The translations under genes were made by a program, and so were the position numbers. 64,000 bases of DNA from Priapulus caudatus (lineage: Eukaryota). The stretch is taken from NCBI RefSeq assembly GCF_000485595.1, contig NW_014577066.1, positions 518,930 through 582,929 of the forward strand. Reading direction: 5' to 3'. Under the pieces are notes generated by a model, which saw only the letters and a list, made by a program, of their open reading frames with translations, was not told the DNA's origin and ran no database searches. Shown piece by piece: positions 1 to 14,400 of the stretch; position 1 is the stretch's first letter; each line of letters begins with the position of its first letter.

Positions 1-1159
1 TAGAGATAGAGAGAGGGGTAGAGAGAGGGGGAGCCGTTCCTTGTTGGTAAATATAAGGTATGCGTAGGGCGGGTGAGGTTTCCTTATACTATGTTATAAT
101 TGCCAGGCCCCAAGTATGGATTCGTGCAGGTGCAGTCAGGAGACATTTCAGCGCGTCGGGGCCACGTGCGGGTCTCTTGTGTAAATAAGCCGTCTTGGTG
201 ATCGACACGAGGTGCACAGTTAGAATGGGTTTCTATGATAGTTATGTCGCATCGCCATTTTCCCCCCAAGAAATAGGACAACGCTTGAACGCGTTAATGT
301 GAAATTGATCGCGGCAGGGGCAAGGTTGTAGTTGTCGTGCACATTATAAATGAAAGATTATCTATACGTGAAACACAGCCTTGGTTGTCTCGAACTACTT
401 TACACCTGTAAGGAAGACTTAGAAATTTACAAACAGATAGTGAAGTGAAACGAAGCGGACGCGGCATGGATGAGCTTACATTGGTAATAAATAAAAAGTC
501 GTGAGTCATAATACGTCTTTTGTCATGCTGTGTGGACCTGGCGGAACTCTGGCAATAATTACGAATAATAAATATTCAGAATTATGTATGTTGCAACTTG
601 TTTGTTTTTTTGTTTGTTGTTGTTGCGCCCACATGCACGGCCGTAGCTAGCGGGGGGGGGGCACTTGCCCCCCAGAAAAAAAGTAGATACAATATATGGT
701 CACCTTCCTAGAACACACCATGTGTATGGCTTTGCCCCCCCAAGGGGCAAAAAATGGGTTAGCTACGCTTCTGACATGTCTATGGCTAATATAATGTGCT
801 GGCACTGTCCGATCACAAACATGATCCTGACGTCAGACTCTGTCATCAGCCTCTCCCCCACGTAGCCGTAACCTAACCCGTAGCCTATGGCAATGTCATT
901 TTGCATATTTGGTCTTTGACTATATTATCAAGCCTCTCCACTTCCGGCCCGTGAACCGTCACAGTGAAATAATCACGTACATTTCATATCTGACTAGTAA
1001 TACCAATGATCTCTTCTTCTGATCCGCGAACCATGGCGATGTAATAATCAAGCATCATTGATGTCGGGGATAGTACCACTTATACACGGTTCCAGCGTTA
1101 TCGCGCCACTCAATCACTCGTGTGCGGACGTTCCGGCAGCATTCGCGCCGTACGAGTTC

Positions 1160-1455
1160 GCTCAGCATTTCCTGTTACTCAATCTTACCTGTTACTCAGC
1201 CTTACCTGTGGGTCAGCCTTGCCTGTGGGTCAGCCTTGCCTGTCACTAAGCCTTACATGTTGCTCAACTTGCTACCTGGTTTTTAGCATTTCCTGTTGCT
1301 TAGTCTGACCTGTTATTCAGCCTCATCTGCCCGTCATCTCCACCTGTCCGCCAGAATCACCCGTTGATCAGCCTTATCTATTGATCAGCCTTATCTATTG
1401 ATCAGCCTTACCTGTTGATTTGCCTCACCTGCTGCCCAGCCTCACCTGTTGCTTA
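1160..1455. repeat. Degenerate ~19-bp minisatellite
   Basis: Repeated cctgtt(a/g)(c/a)tcagcctta-like units. Confidence 0.6.
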
Positions 1456-2059
1456 GTACGACGCGCAATAGACTCCCCGTCATTTATATTACTGTCAATA
1501 TTCTCCATGTAATAAATAAATATATATATTCCCCTGTTAGCGTTCCCTGTTAGCTCTCTATTAATCCCCATAAATCTACAATTAACTTTTTTTATTAACT
1601 AAGCGGCTAGACTCGCCGCACGCGTGGTTTGCTTACGGCAGCAGCCGAGCCTATCGTGCCCTTGATCTGCCCGCTTCGCACTATGAATCCAAATTCATGC
1701 GGAATAAAAATAGCGGCTGCGGGAGAGTACGGCCAGGTACACGCAGCAGAGCATGGAGTAGATCTCCGCAGATAAGCTGGACGTAGGCATGCAGCTATTA
1801 CACGTCAGCTCGGCTCGTTTAAGCGTTCCCATGGCAGCGCGCATGCATCCGCTGGTATTACGGAGTACCGTCTCCCTCATTCCTCTTCCCTTTTCTCACC
1901 GTCTTCCACTTGCGTTTGTCACGCACTCTCTCTCGATCTCTTCTTTCCTCTATCTCCCGTCTCTGTGACGCCACTCTCCGCTCCTCTGTCTGTCACAGCG
2001 TTTTTGTTGGCCCATAAGATGATATTGCTGACGCTGATTGTGCGAGACGGAGGCGGCAC

Positions 2060-2505
2060 CTGTGCGCATCCCCTTGTATGCATCCCAGCGGTGTGCATCC
2101 CCGTGTGCCTATCCCAGCGGTATGCATCCCAGCGGTGTGCATTCCCGTGTGCCTATCCCAGCGGTGTCCATCTCAGCGGTGTGCATCCCAGCGGTGTGCA
2201 TCCCCGTGTGTCCATCCCAGCGGTGTCCATCCCAGCGGTGTGCATCCCCGTGTGTCCATCTCAGCGGTGTGCATCCCAGCGGTGTGCATTCCCGTGTGCC
2301 TATCCCAGCGGTGTTCATCCCAGCGGTGTGCATTCCCGTGTGCCTATCCCAGCGGTGTCCATCTCAGCGGTGTGCATCCCACAGCGGTGTGCATCCCAGC
2401 GGTGTGCATCCCCGTGTGTCCATCTCAGCGGTGTGCATCCCAGCGGTGTGCATTCCCGGGTGTCCATCCCAGCGGTGTGCATCCCAGCGGTGTGCATTCC
2501 CGTCT
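2060..2505. repeat. Minisatellite of ~14-15-bp units (tgtgcatcccagcgg / tgtgcattcccg)
   Basis: Direct tandem repetition; explains the overlapping PAVCI/SGVHP/SQRCA pseudo-ORFs. Confidence 0.9.
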
Positions 2506-3534
2506 GTGCAACCCCGTACGTGTATGCATCTCAGAGCGCGTACACATTCCATCCACCTGTATCTGTATGCAGCTCCGTGCGTGCGTGCGTGTGCGTGCGT
2601 GTGCGTGTGTGCGTGCATCCAACCTGCGTGCGTCTAAGAATACGCCGACAGCTGCTGTATCACGGCCCCCGGCGCATTGCATACACTCCCGCTGCAAATC
2701 TTCAGTGGCGTGAGCGCAAGGGCTATATAGCCGGCACCTTCAATCACCGCGACGAGCAAATTGACGCGCATGCGTTGCGTGCGACGTCATAATTAGGCAG
2801 TGTGACTCTACGCGCATATATCACGTGGCGTATGTTTAGGCAGCGCGCGGGAATGGGGTAAGTGGCGCGCGCGGCGAGATAAAATACATTCATGCACGCA
2901 TGCACGTATTCGCACCCGTACGCACGGCGCACGATGCGCTCGAATTACACTACTGGCATATATATATTATAGTAAGATAATAGGTGGCGGAACCTCCGCA
3001 GTGACAGTTACAGCTGCTCAATTTGCGGAACCCCTCATGCACGATGACACAATTAAGGTTGCGATAGAGTTACGAGAGGAAGAGAAAAGGGAGGAGCGCT
3101 GCATTCATGACTAGCGTTCCAACGCAGTAGTGAAATAGAGTTATAGACCTGTTTTCGTGATATATATATATTTGTCCTAGATGCGAGGAATGTGTGCATG
3201 AAATAATATCTTTCGCCATCTAACGGCTCAGTCATCCGTACGACCGCGTCAGTTCGTCCATCTAGCCGCGTCTCTATCACGTACACTGATATTACAATGA
3301 CGCGTTGGAATAAGAATCTAGTTAGATTGGTGCAATAGAGGATGAGAGAGAGAGAGAGAGAGAGAGAAAGAAAGAGAGAGAGAGCGCGAGAGAGTGCGAG
3401 ACAGATAAGGGAAAAACGAGAAAAAGCGAAAGAAATGGCGAGTTAGGGCACGAAAGGGCCAGAGGGCAGAGATTGAGAGATAACGCGCGCGTAAGCGGTC
3501 AGGGCGGACAGCAGCCCATATATACGAGTGAAAT

Positions 3535-3536
3535 AG

Positions 3537-3623
<87 letters not shown>

Positions 3624-3624
3624 G

Positions 3625-3713
<89 letters not shown>
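3535..3713. repeat. (AGAT)n microsatellite next to an N-gap
   Basis: Pure tetranucleotide tract. Confidence 0.95.
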
Positions 3714-4164
3714 NNNNNNNNNNNNNGGGGGAGGAGAGGGGGAGGGGGGAAGGGGGTGCAACGCGGCGCGTGGGACGCTTTTGAAAGCCGCTGTCGGTGT
3801 CAGGAGGAAAGCGGGCCACCGATTTGTTGCACGTCAGGCGAAGCATGGCCACTTTACTTGTCGCATAGGCAAAGAGAGAAACGAGAGAGAGAGAGAACGG
3901 AGAGAGAGGGGAGAGAGGGGGAGGAAAGAGAGAAGAAGGGAGGGAAAGAAGAGAGGTAGCGAAAGGAAAAAACAATAGATACGATAGATAAGAATGGGAG
4001 CAAGCGAGAAAAGGAAAGCGAGAACGTGAGTGTCAGAGAGGGATTATCACGAAGGGGAACGAGAGTGATATGAAGGAGAGAGGAATATGGATAGAAAGGG
4101 GAAGAAAGCAACTGCGATGACCACGAGAGTAATGCAAATTAAGAAAACGATACAAACAAGGGGA

Positions 4165-4197
<33 letters not shown>

Positions 4198-5574
4198 CCG
4201 ACAGACAGACAGACAGACAGACAGAGAGGGGGTGTACAGAATAAGAAAGAGTGGAAGAGAACGTGACATAGCGGTGGAGATTTGGAAGAGATAAAGCGGG
4301 AAAGACGCGTAATAACCGCTAGTACGAACTATAGACGCGTAAAAGACGCTATATAAACTAGTTTCGGATAAGATCAGTTATATCATTTCCTCGTCGTGTG
4401 AAAACATGACTAGAAAAGGCACCAGCTCGCCCCTGACCCGTTTGAGTTAGCTTGCATTGTAGGAGGTCATGTTACTAATATGGGGCTTTACGAAATGCTC
4501 GGTTGGTCTTTGTGGAAAATGGGAGCAAATCATGCTTTGCGTGGTTGTGTATAGAAATCGATTTGAAAGAGATTTCCATGAAACTGGAGCTCTTGTGTTT
4601 GTGGTACATGCCTGCACAACTTGTTTACATCTTTGTCGTTTTTTCTTTCTTTTGTTCTTTCCCTTCTTCTTCTTCTTCTTCTTCCTCTTCATTGTTATCT
4701 TCTTGACTTTTTGTCTTCTTTCCCTTTTTGGACCTTCGTCATTTTCCGCGTTTGCTTTTTCCAGGTCCGCTTCTTCGTCGGCGGTTTCCTATATCGCCAC
4801 TGTTACATCTTCCACTTTACTATTTCTAATGGTGTGTATCAGTGTGTTGCAACATCTGTCCTATCCACTTTCATTGCGCTGCATTTTTTGTTGTCACGGA
4901 AAGTTTGAAGGTCGCGCCTGTCACATAGCTTGCCGGCGGCGCAAAACAAGAATGAAAAGCGTTCTTAGCGTTCTTTATTATTTATTTTAACTGTCCATTT
5001 ATTTTACCAACAATGTTGTGTGACACCGATGTTTACTATGCTTAGAAATCGTGCAGGCAATACAGAACACGTTGCCAAACAAGTTTCACGTTTCAAGACG
5101 TTCTCAATTAGATACGTTGACGAAAGCATTGTAGTCGGTATCGGGATTATATATCTTTAAAGATTGATTATTCTTCGAGTTGACCTGCGTAATGACAATA
5201 TTCCGACAGTAACATGTTCGCTCGAAAATCTAGCACAATAGAAGTGGTAATGTGACGTTTACGGGGTTTTTCTCATCAATGAATCGACACTCGAGGTACG
5301 CCCCCGAATGCTGATAGCCCGTGAAAGTCAACAACTCCGGTTCGCTGTTTTCTGTTGTAAATTCGGCCGCTTAGCCGCAGGAGTAACTTTCGACTAAAAC
5401 TTCTGCCCCATGCAGTGATGGCGCACGTGAAATAGGTGCGGGAATCAATGATACGCAGGAAGGTTAATAATCGTCTATTTAATTACACGGGGATGGAAAG
5501 CACGAGGGAGCGGTAAATAATTACAGCAGGGGATAGCAGCTAGAGAAAGAGAGAGAGAGGAAGGGTGGGGAAAC

Positions 5575-6160
5575 AGGCAGGCAGTCAAACACGAACGGAT
5601 ACACAGACAGACAGACAGACAGACAGACAGGCAGGCAGGCAGGCAGACAGACAGACAGACAGACAAACAGATAAACAGACAGACAGACAGATAAACAGAG
5701 AGGCAGATAGGTAGTCAGACAGACCGACATGCGGACAGAGAGACAGACAGACAGATTGGCAAATTGACAGACACAAACAGAGGAAGAAACGGAGAAATAT
5801 ACTGAAAGGGAGGAAGGAGGAGGTAGGGCAGAAAATAAAAAAAGAAGATGATGGGGAGGAGGGAGAGGGATGGAGGAAAAAAGAGAATCGAGAGCTAGAG
5901 TGTGACAGAGCAAATAAGTTAGAGAGCACGCGTGCGCGATTAAGCAAGAATGTGAATAAAAAGAAAAAAAACGAAGAAGAAGAAGAAGAAGAAGAAGAAG
6001 AAGAAAACGAAGACGAAGAAAAAGAAGAAGAGGCAAAATACGAAAGGGAAGAAGAAGAAAAAAGAAAAACGAAGACCGGAGAGAATGTAAAAGAAGAGGA
6101 TAAGGAAGAAGAATAAGAAGAGAGAGAGAGAGAGAGAGAGAGAGCGCGAGAGAAAGAGAG
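5575..6160. repeat. Compound (CAGA)n/(GAA)n/(GA)n purine-rich tract
   Basis: Visible simple repeats. Confidence 0.85.
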
Positions 6161-6543
6161 GGGGAGAAAAATAGAAAGCGGGGGGGGGGGTGCAGAAATC
6201 GTGACAGAGTACATGCGAGACAGTGATGGAAACAGACAGCGATGAAGGGGCGTATGCTGGTGCGCAGCACAGACGCATAACTCGGCTCTCGGGCAGTCTC
6301 TGTGTGGTCATGCATGCGGGCCGCGCAGTTACCACGTCCTGTTCCGTCATGCAGTAAATCCTATCAAGTTATTTTGTGCACAGGCGCCCGTTTGCAGTTA
6401 TCGCCACAGGCCGTGCGCGCACGAGCTAACGTTATTCATCTGCACGATACAGTGACAGTGCACCGGTTCAGTTATGGCCTACACGGTGGCGCCACAGTCA
6501 TGATCTACACGGTGGCGCCACAGTCGTGAATTACGCGGTGGAG

Positions 6544-7000
6544 CCGGTAAACGCTTGTTTCCATCCCGCCCTCGGTCGTTTCTGGTGTGCAGGTTAAACT
6601 ATGGTTAATCTCCGTTTAATTGACTGTATTATATTTTATTCTATTCGATTCGAAACGGTGAAAAGAGAGCTTCGAATATGTCTTTTACGGGCAAGGGCGG
6701 TTTGGGTGATGAAAACAATATGGATATGGCCAGGTCATACGTATTTAATACAAAGGTGCAATGCATGCAAACCAAACCAAAGATGAATAAGGCATCTAAG
6801 AACTCAAACAAAGATGAATAAGGCATCTAAGAACTCAAACAAAGATGAATAAGGCATCTAAGAACTCAAACAAAGATGAATAAAGCATCTAAGAACTCAA
6901 AACATTCTTTTAAAATATAACACAGTCAATTAAACGGAGTTTAACTTGCAAACCGGAAACGACAGAGGGCGCGTTGAGGGATGGAAACAAGTGTTTACCG
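6544..7000. mobile_element. MITE-like foldback element with ~95-bp imperfect TIRs and an internal 31-bp x4 tandem repeat
   Basis: ccggtaaacgcttgtttccatcc...ctccgtttaattgactgtattatatttta is mirrored by taaaatataacacagtcaattaaacggag...ggatggaaacaagtgtttaccgg. The unit aaagatgaataaggcatctaagaactcaaac occurs four times at ~6779-6903. Confidence 0.7.
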
Positions 7001-7501
7001 GTGAAAGCCACGGTCATGATCTACACGGTGGCGCCACAGTCATGATCTACACGGTGGCACCACGCGGTGAAGCTATATGGTCATGATCTACACGGCATAG
7101 CCCCGCAGCCGTGATATACGCAGTGGCACAAAAGATCTGGCACGCATTGTCTTACTCTACATTGTCATGGTATAAATGAGGCTGCTACAGACATAACATA
7201 GGCAAAGATGCTTGCCGGTGGAGATGGAGCTGCCGGAGGGGGAGAGGTCACGGGACGCTCGCTGTCTAGACGCACGAGTAACGCTGGAATCCGCGTCGGC
7301 GAGGAAACCAGCAGTAGGCGGTAGTCGTCGTGCCCCGTATCTGATATAAGTATAGAGGGCGGTGGAACTAGAAATATTATTTTAGGTTTACCTAGTAGGC
7401 GCTAATCCGATAAACCCGAGCGAGCAACAACTTGCACGAAACTTAGACAGCCAATCGACCCGAATAAATAAAGAAAGAAAGAAATATATATATATATTAT
7501 A

Positions 7502-7537
<36 letters not shown>

Positions 7538-7569
7538 ATCACACGCGCGCGGACACGCAGTGAGATAAA

Positions 7570-8166
7570 TAGATGGATAGATAGATGAATTGATTTGGAT
7601 GGATGAAGGGTGAAGGGATGGATGGTTGGTTGGTTAGATGGATGGATGGATATGGATGGATAGATGGGGGGGTGGGTGGATGGATGAATGGATGGATGGA
7701 TGGATGGATGGATGGATGGATGGATGGATGGATGGATGNNNNNNNNNNNNNNNNNNNNNNNNNNNNNNNNNNNNNNNNNNNNNNNNNNNNNNNNNNNNNN
7801 NNNNNNNNNNNNNNNNNNNNNNNNNNNNNNNNNNNNNNNNNNNNNNNNNNNNNNNNNNNNNNNNNNNNNNNNNNNNNNNNNNNNNNNNNNNNNNNNNNNN
7901 NNNNNNNNNNNNNNNNNNNNNNNNNNNNNNNNNNNNNNNNNNNNNNNNNNNNNNNNNNNNNNNNNNNNNNNNNNNNNNNNNNNNNNNNNNNNNNNNNNNN
8001 NNNNNNNNNNNNNNNNNNNNNNNNNNNNNNNNNNNNNNNNNNNNNNNNNNNNNNNNNNNNNNNNNNNNNNNNNNNNNNNNNNNNNNNNNNNNNNNNNNNN
8101 NNNNNNNNNNNNNNNNNNNNNNNNNNNNNNNNNNNNNNNNNNNNNNNNNNNNNNNNNNNNNNNNNN

Positions 8167-8216
<50 letters not shown>

Positions 8217-8233
8217 GATAGATAGATAGATAT

Positions 8234-8332
<99 letters not shown>

Positions 8333-8334
8333 TA
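7570..8334. repeat. (GGAT)n and (AGAT)n microsatellites flanking the N-gap 7739-8166
   Basis: Simple repeats on both sides of the gap. Confidence 0.9.
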
Positions 8335-8400
8335 TCAAATAAGGTTAGTTAACTATCTAAAATGTGACACTGATTAACGCGTTATTGTCTTCCCAAACAG

Positions 8401-11400
8401 GCCAGCAATGTTCCGGTTCCTGGAAATCTCCCGACAACGCGTACAACGCCACCTGGGAGTACGATGACATTAGAGACAGGGTCAAGTTCACGATCAGCAC
8501 GGCGAATCTGGATAGATGGGTCGGAATCGGATTCTCCAAGGACAAATACATGGTGAGCGCAGCAACGGAAAGAGCGTGCGAGCACATCCGGTGTGCGTTC
8601 GGGGCGCGCCAGTTCGGCGTGTCGTGCCGGCGGCAATTTCTCGAAGCTTTTAATTTTCAAATAATTTCTGCTCGATTCTTTCCGAAATCCGGTTATCGTG
8701 TCAGCGGCCATATCGTTGGCCGGCGTGCGCCGGCGCGGGCACGCCATGTGGGTCAACCCGTTACCCAGCAGCCGCCGCTCTGCTGCATCGTGATTGGTGG
8801 GCGCGCGTCACGTTTACTTATCTGAACGCACGTCTCGTGGTTTGTACTACTGACTTACAATCTCGCGCATTCAAATAGCACGCAATATGTATTGTGTGTA
8901 TGTGTGTGTTTGTTAAGTGGGCGGTTGGGGGGAGATTACGTCGACGCCGCAATGTGCGTGATGATTGCTTGAACTATAGGCCACCGAAACAACCTGGATC
9001 TTGCGTTATTCGGCACTCGAACAAAACCCGGATTAAAGGTGACAGCAGCTTTGCCGCGTTTCCGAATCGTACCTAACTGTAGTGTATGATTCATTTCCGT
9101 TCAATAACGGTATCATTCACGCGATATTTGAGAATGTATAACACGGACATATAGTAACTCGCAGAGTACGATTACTGGGTATGAGTATAGCTGAATTATG
9201 ACGCACGAACACGAATGAGGTACTGATATAACGATATAATGACATAACATATGCTAGGCTATGATCTATAAATGATATTTACCTAGGCAGCAGCCTTGTC
9301 CGTTTTGTAAATGTAATGAACCTAACCTAATGTAGGCCTAATCTAAATTTCTGAAGCTGGGCAAAAATTGAAATGCGCCCGTTATTTCCGAGTTCCGGTT
9401 TCGTTCATTGTCCGAGGCTCCTACGCGGCAAATTAATGCGCGTGCCAACTTGTTTATTCAACTGCTACTGTGCTACCTAGTAAATTTAGGCCGCTAGCTT
9501 GTTGTTGCTCCAACTAATTCCACGTGACCATTGAATGCATGCTAGCTGTGCTGTCTCGTGTCGTACCGTATATCGTTACGAGTCGGCCCGTGTGTTCGGA
9601 TGCCGCGCGCTAACTGGACTGTTGAGTCTAATCACGCGTGTGATGTGTACGCACCTCCTCCTCCTTCCCTCTCCCCTTCCCCTTTCCACCATAACGCGCG
9701 CGCGCGGGCGTTACCCGCTCTTACGCCACTTTCACTGACAAGGCAAATCGGTAATCACAAGGCTGTGCATCCGATGAATGCATGGCGCATCCTCGCGGGT
9801 AAGTAAGCCGCAGATATGTAAGTGAGGTGCTGCTCGCTCAATGACAGTTATGTCCGATGTCGCGTGAAGAACGACGCGACACCCGGTGCCACATTCGTTG
9901 TCTGACCCACTGCCGTGGCAGACGGCCGTGGTGGCGTACCGACACACACACATACGCACGCACGCACGCACGCCGTTGTGGGTAATTAACTCACTGCGCA
10001 GCTTTCATATTCCGATTAGCGCTCCTTCGTTGAAGGTGTGTGCGCGTATGTGGAGTTGGAAGGGTGATGGGAGCGGAGGTGGCATTGAGTAATGGGCGGG
10101 GGAGAGGGGGTTCGAGAGGCGGGAGAGGAGAAAGTGAGAGAGAATGGGTGATGAGGGCGAAGAGAGGGAGCAGCGATCGGAGATGGGACGTAGATTGAAA
10201 CGATGGGGGGAGAGAGAGAGGGAAAACACTCTAAATGGGAGGGAGAGGTGAGAACGAGCGAAGCTGAGAGTGAAGTAAAAGAGAATGAATGGTAATCTGG
10301 AAGGGAGAGGAGAGATGTCGAGATCTTTATTAATTGTTTATATCCTGCGGCAGAGCGGGCCATTTTTTATTTAACTTCTACCTTCTATTTAGACTGCAGT
10401 GATATCTGAGGTACACTGTAACCCATTTTCTGACACATTTTAAATAGTTATGACTGTTATAAGTCTAATATGTCATAGTTTTGACGTCATAACCATTTTT
10501 GATGTTAATGGCAATATGCCGCTGGTTAGTAGCAGTAATAATACGGCGTATAAGGGAGTCATATGCGCGTCTGTGCGGTTTGTGACGGCTGGCAGTATAT
10601 CGGCATCTATATCGGCAGCGGTACGGTACGTGACGACGTTAGTGTATCGATATCAATATTGTTATCGGTATCGGTATCCGTATGGTGAAAGACGGCGGAA
10701 GTGTATCGGTATCAATATCGGTATCGGTATCGGTATCGGTATCAGTTTTGGTATTGGTATCGATATCGGCATCCGTATATGGTGCGAGGGGGCGGAAGTG
10801 TATCGGTATCGGGTTGTTACGGTGCGCTACGGCGGCAGCGTATCGGCATGCATAGAGCTGCTAGTTTCATTACATTATGCGGGATTCGAAGCGTATAGTT
10901 AGGTCTACAGTGAAGTAACACCGACTGTCATCTCTCTTTTTCTTGCAGCCAGCGACAGACGTTGCCTACGGTTGGGTGAACACGGACACGGAGGCGCGAC
11001 TCTTTGACGGGTGCGTGTAGATGATGTCATATATCTCAATAAATTACCTGTCCTGTTGTGGCCTTCATTCTGATGTTAAGCACATTATGCTCATAACTGC
11101 CCACCTACAAACATCAACTGAACATCAACTTATGTGACCGTACACATAAACCCACGCGCACGTACACGCACGCACACACGCAGTACGAACAAGCGCACAC
11201 CGACATGCACGCATAACACGCACGCATGCATACACGTACGCACACACCACACACGAACGCACACACGTAAACATCTACTCCACACCAGCATATTCTCGCA
11301 TCCCTATCACCACAACTCACCGACCCACAGGTACTAAACCTCTATCGCGTGAAATAAGTACAACTTCAAAAAAAGATAAAAAAAATATTGGCTCACTAGA

Positions 11401-14400
11401 CGCGTTTCCCCTGCATTACGACTCGAATTTTACCAGCGAAGTTTCAGCATATCGAATACCGTATATAATACCGTATATACATACGGTGACTGAACGAATA
11501 AATGTGCGCCATCGCAAACCACGCGCTTGAATACACCATTCCTCTCGTCGTCTCCGCACAGGTGGATCTCCGTGAAGGCGCATCCGCGCACGTCCGAGCA
11601 CAACGACCTTCAGATGGTGACCTTCAGCAAGAAGGACGGCCGTCACACGCTCTCCTTCTGGAAGCCCCGCGTCGCTCGCGAGCCCGAGGACCTGACGCTT
11701 GATGACGTCTACCTCATGTTCCCCGCCAAGCCAGGCCTCTACAACGCCGACTACTCGCGCATCTTCAAGCATCTTGCACAGCCCATCATCGGTCCAAAGG
11801 TCTACTTCGGCGCATGCGCGACGTCGAGCGTCGGCGAATCGTTGCAGAGCGTCGCGCGTTCGCAGACGACCGACGTCGTCGCGCGTCGCAAAGACCCGGA
11901 AGTCGTCCCGCGGAAAGTGCCGGATGCGGACGTCGTCGCGCTGCGAGCGACGAAGGTCGCATCCCCCCGGCGCGTCACAGACGACGCGGATGTCGTCTCC
12001 CGACGGTTCTTACAGGAAGCGACGGAGCGTCAGCTGCAGCGCGCCGTTTCCGAGGTTACCGATACGAAGCAGGATAGTCAGGATCCGTTCGCCCTGAAGC
12101 TAAACACGCCGCAGTTGATCCAGGTGCAGGGAGCGCGCACGTCGTCGACGTCGCGACAGTCTAATGAGAGGTCGTCGTCGTCCAGCCAGCGGTCTGCAAC
12201 AGGTAAGGTGGTGACGACAGCTGCCGTCATGGCGAGTTTAGATAAACAACGACAAGCACGCCCACACGAAATCTAGTAAAAGCAAAAGAACTATTTGAAA
12301 CCGAACCAGTATCAGATAAATTTGTCCATTTTTTCTCCGTTCGTTTATTCGTCAATTCATCTATCCGTGCGCCTATTCGTCAGTTCATCTATCAATCCGT
12401 CTCTTCATTTGTACGCCCGTCCGTCCATTAACCCATTAATTAATTATTACATTTATTCATTCAATCACTCATTCATTCATTCATTCATTCATTTATTCAT
12501 CTATCCATTAATCAATCAATTTATCTATCCATCCATCAATCCACTAACCCACCCATTCATCCATCCATCCGTCCGTCCGTCCGTCCGTCCGTCCGTCCGT
12601 CCGTCCGTCCGTCCGTCCGTCCGTCCGCCCGCCCGTCCGTCCCTCCGTCCGTCCGTCCGTCCGTCCGTCCGCCCGCCCGTCCGTCCGTCCGTTCGTCCGC
12701 CCGTCCGTCCGTCCGCCCGTCCGTCCATCCATCCATCCACCCGTCCATCCATTCATTCATCCATCCATCTAGGTATGCCTCAACCCAACCATCCATTCAT
12801 GGATCCATGTTGCACCATTGACTCAGTCATCTGCTGTCTGTGCGTACAGGTCACGACGCATGCTCGGGATCGTGGATAGCTGACGACGGTTCATACACGG
12901 CTACGTGGGACTACGTGCCAGCCACCGACAGGGTGCGCTTCAGTGTCAGCGTCAACACGCTTACCGGATGGATAGGCCTCGGATTCTCGAATAACAGATT
13001 CATGGTACGCAGAAAGCTGATGGCAGCTGCGTGCGTGCAATCTACGCGCGCATGCTACGGCTACAAATACAATTTAATATTATATAATAACATGTTGCTT
13101 CATAATTTGTAAATCGCGTTTTGTGTTTGATATCATAAAACGATAAGTTAAAAGGGTGTATTTATACTTATAGTTATAGTTAATGTTTGGTGCCGATGAT
13201 TCCAGATCACGTGATATACCTAGAAACCATGCTGGATATTAAAACTGTGTCACTGATAGAAGTGATACTCAAATTGCCCAAATTTTTAGATCGATTAGCG
13301 TAATGATTGAGATCTTAATTAACTAATTTATTCGACAATTGATTGGGCCACTATTTTTTATTTTTGCAGCCTTTCACAGACCTCGCCTATGGATGGATAA
13401 ACGAGCAGAACGAGGCCAAGCTAATCGATGGGTATACAGTTTTCTTTAGCTTCTCCAACTTAATTTCTTAGGGCGCAAATCCACTTTAGGCACTTTAGGC
13501 ATCACGAAGTGATGCAGGGTTTTTGCATCATTCCTTGATATACGGAAAGTCTGTGCATCAGTTGATGATACACAGAAATCTGTGCATCACTTCGTGATAC
13601 CTAAGGTGCCTAAAGTGGATTTGCACCATTTCTTGGCTTAGATTCTTTGTCGTAATACTTCCACAATTGATTTCATATATTAAAAAATGTCAGATCTCAT
13701 AACCTATAGGCCTACGACATCCACATCCCATGTACTGTCCTGGGATTCTGTAAGTTTGGTAACTCCTAGTCATCTAAGTACCACGTACATCCGTGAGGCC
13801 CGTAGTTCCGTGATTGTGTTCTTGCACTGACACCGGATGTCTCTCTCGTTGCTGCTACAGCTGGCTGTACACGTACTCGGTGCCGCGGTCGGGGGAGCAG
13901 CAAGACCTCGAGCTGATCTCGGCTAGTCGCAGCGGCAATCGGCAGACGATCGAGTTCACGAAACCGAGGCTCGGCGGTCAGGACGACCTTGACCTCGCCG
14001 GAGTCTACCTCGTCTTCCCGACGAAGCCCGGTCCTTACGATGCCTCGTCGGAAAGCGTCAGCAAGCATCACGAGCCCCCGGTCATAGGGCCGAAAGTCGA
14101 CTTCACGTCATGCGTCCAGACACAGGTGGCGCGAGCGTCAAATACACGGGCGTCGGCGCGGGCGTTAGGCACGCGCGCAGGTGGCTCCACCTACACGTCG
14201 CGGCGTGACAATATTCTGCTGTCGAAGTCTGGCGGCTCGCAACACTCATCACGTGACTCAATCTTCAGGGAGTCCCTGCCGTTCGAGACGCCCCCTACAC
14301 GTGCCACGCGCCGCCCTCCTATACGTGCCACGCCGCGGCCCACTACAGGTGGGTCCAGCTATCGGGAGTCCCTGCCGTTCGAGACGCCCCCTACACGTGC

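Noticed and set aside
1630..1880. GC-rich stretch with a minus-strand donor-like site and a 61-aa ORF
   Set aside because: No frame gives a recognisable protein or a coherent start and donor.
1965..2792. Long Cys-rich ORFs in several frames
   Set aside because: Translations of a stop-free minisatellite, with no splice or domain support.
3318..6350. YLSI, LSLS and ERER-type ORFs
   Set aside because: Microsatellite translations.
6779..6903. 31-bp repeats resembling a CRISPR array
   Set aside because: Units are contiguous with no spacers; eukaryotic context with no cas genes.
7171..7325. TATAAA plus an ATG ORF as first exon of the DOMON gene
   Set aside because: The ORF stops after ~38 codons, has no signal peptide and shows no convincing phase-1 donor.
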